DNA of 63,971 nt, counting the filler, from Sphacelaria rigidula (Eukaryota), in the NCBI GenBank assembly GCA_964200075.2. It is 7 parts of 7 records of this genome, joined end to end, with 100 filler letters (N's around TTAATTAATTAA, not from the genome) between each part and the next. Parts side by side here need not be neighbours in the genome. Positions count along the whole stretch, not along the records: positions 54,920 to 63,971 come from CAXNAA020009426.1; 6 more parts are not named here. The stretch is one strand, 5' to 3'. The translations under genes and the position numbers were made by a program. Of the stretch, positions 62,884-63,971 are shown piece after piece (the stretch's first letter is position 1; the number at the start of each line of letters is the position of its first letter). The notes under the pieces are model-generated. The model was given only the letters and a program-made list of their open reading frames with translations. It did not search any database and had not been told where the DNA came from.

Positions 62884-63744
62884 CCCTTACACGGCGACCC
62901 CCCGCTGGTAGACGAGGTAGACACTTCACGTTTTGGGTTCAGAATCGTTCCTTTGTCAAAACTCAAAACGCCCATGAGAGTCATGCTTAGCACAGATGGT
63001 GGTGTGGTTGTCGACCACCTGATTATCAAGTCTCATATTTTTGCTGTACAGTCTAAAGTGTATCGTGCCGCGGCTGCAGGTGCAATCTGGAACGTACTGG
63101 ATCTTACAGTGTTGAACGTGCCGAGTGTTCGCAGCGTGCGTGCGGGTATTGCACCATGACCACGACCGCGAACAACCCTGACAACCGTAGAGCAATTGCT
63201 CGGCGATGGCGGTCGCCTCACCGTCGAAGTACTTGTCTACATCTACGTGCGTATAATACTCGTGGCCGCCGCTCGCGTGTTGCGCCATGACGTTTTATAC
63301 CAGATGGAGGTGTGGAGCTAGTAGGACGCTCATGCAGTACTAAACAGACAGACACAGTGTACCAAAGATGCTCAAACACCTGCATTTTGGTTATATAATC
63401 TATGGTTGATTTGACATGTTCGAAAAAATGAGATTTGAGGGTAGACGGCAAATGTGTTTACCGGATGTCCACCTCTACCGGAACAAAAGTGCTCAATTCG
63501 ACGACCGTGATTGGTCAGAATGGTCATCCCATGCCACTCGGGCTTCGTGAACGGCTCATAATTTTCCGCGAGAAATTTCCAAACAAACATGGTTGACTCC
63601 GTGAGCTTGTCCGATGCTCCGCGGAGAGGCACCCCCCCCCCCCAGCCTCAAAAACCACCCCCCCCCCGAGCCCTGGAAACCCCCGAATTTTTCGGGACTG
63701 TCAGCCTGTACAACTGTTCCGAGGCGACGCTCGTCGTCTAAGGG
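62884..63744. mobile_element. Non-autonomous piggyBac-type element (861 bp) with TTAA TSD, nested in a TA-flanked element
   Basis: TTAA|CCCTTACACGGCGA...TCGTCGTCTAAGGG|TTAA (12/14 TIR match), located 57 bp inside TA|CGAGCTGGGCC at 62827. Confidence 0.75.
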
Positions 63745-63971
63745 TTAATTTGAAGTCGTTTTCGATTAAATTTTGACATGGCGTGCAGAACGTATGTGCG
63801 AAGACTCCGCCTTACCCACGTGACATTCTTGATTTTTTCCACGTGAGTTACTGGCCATTTTGTTCCGAAAAATGTTCTGAAATATTTCATTGCCGATAAC
63901 TCACGAAAGAAAAAAAAAGGGCAGGGGGGGGGGGGTGGACTCTTGGTCTGGCGCGGCAGCGGCCGCAATCC

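Overview
This is eukaryotic, intron-rich and repeat-rich DNA; a brown alga or other stramenopile is my inference from gene structure and repeat content. The window is not one locus. It consists of seven pieces of 9054, 9054, 9053, 9053, 9053, 9052 and 9052 bp joined by identical 100-bp linkers (N44-TTAATTAATTAA-N44), which looks like length-sorted, unrelated contigs, so gene models must not cross linkers. I could reconstruct these spliced genes by hand: (1) a partial FMN-dependent alpha-hydroxy-acid oxidase of the glycolate oxidase family, minus strand, with Ser at the spinach GOX W108 and Y129 positions; (2) mitochondrial Fe-S scaffold NFU1, five exons, minus strand; (3) a UBL + PUB + Gly/Met-rich STI1-like protein lying head-to-head with NFU1; (4) exons of an unknown Cys-rich protein, plus a separate signal-peptide exon on another contig. 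The rest is mostly transposon debris: LINE 3' ends that appear to target C-tracts, a tRNA-derived SINE, TTAA (piggyBac-type) MITEs, TA-flanked Tc1/mariner-type elements, foldback MITEs, a Harbinger DDE remnant and an Academ-like Cys-cluster remnant. There is also a four-copy structured tandem array of about 420 bp per unit. I found no rRNA, bona fide tRNA or CRISPR array. Most ORFs in the supplied track are spurious.
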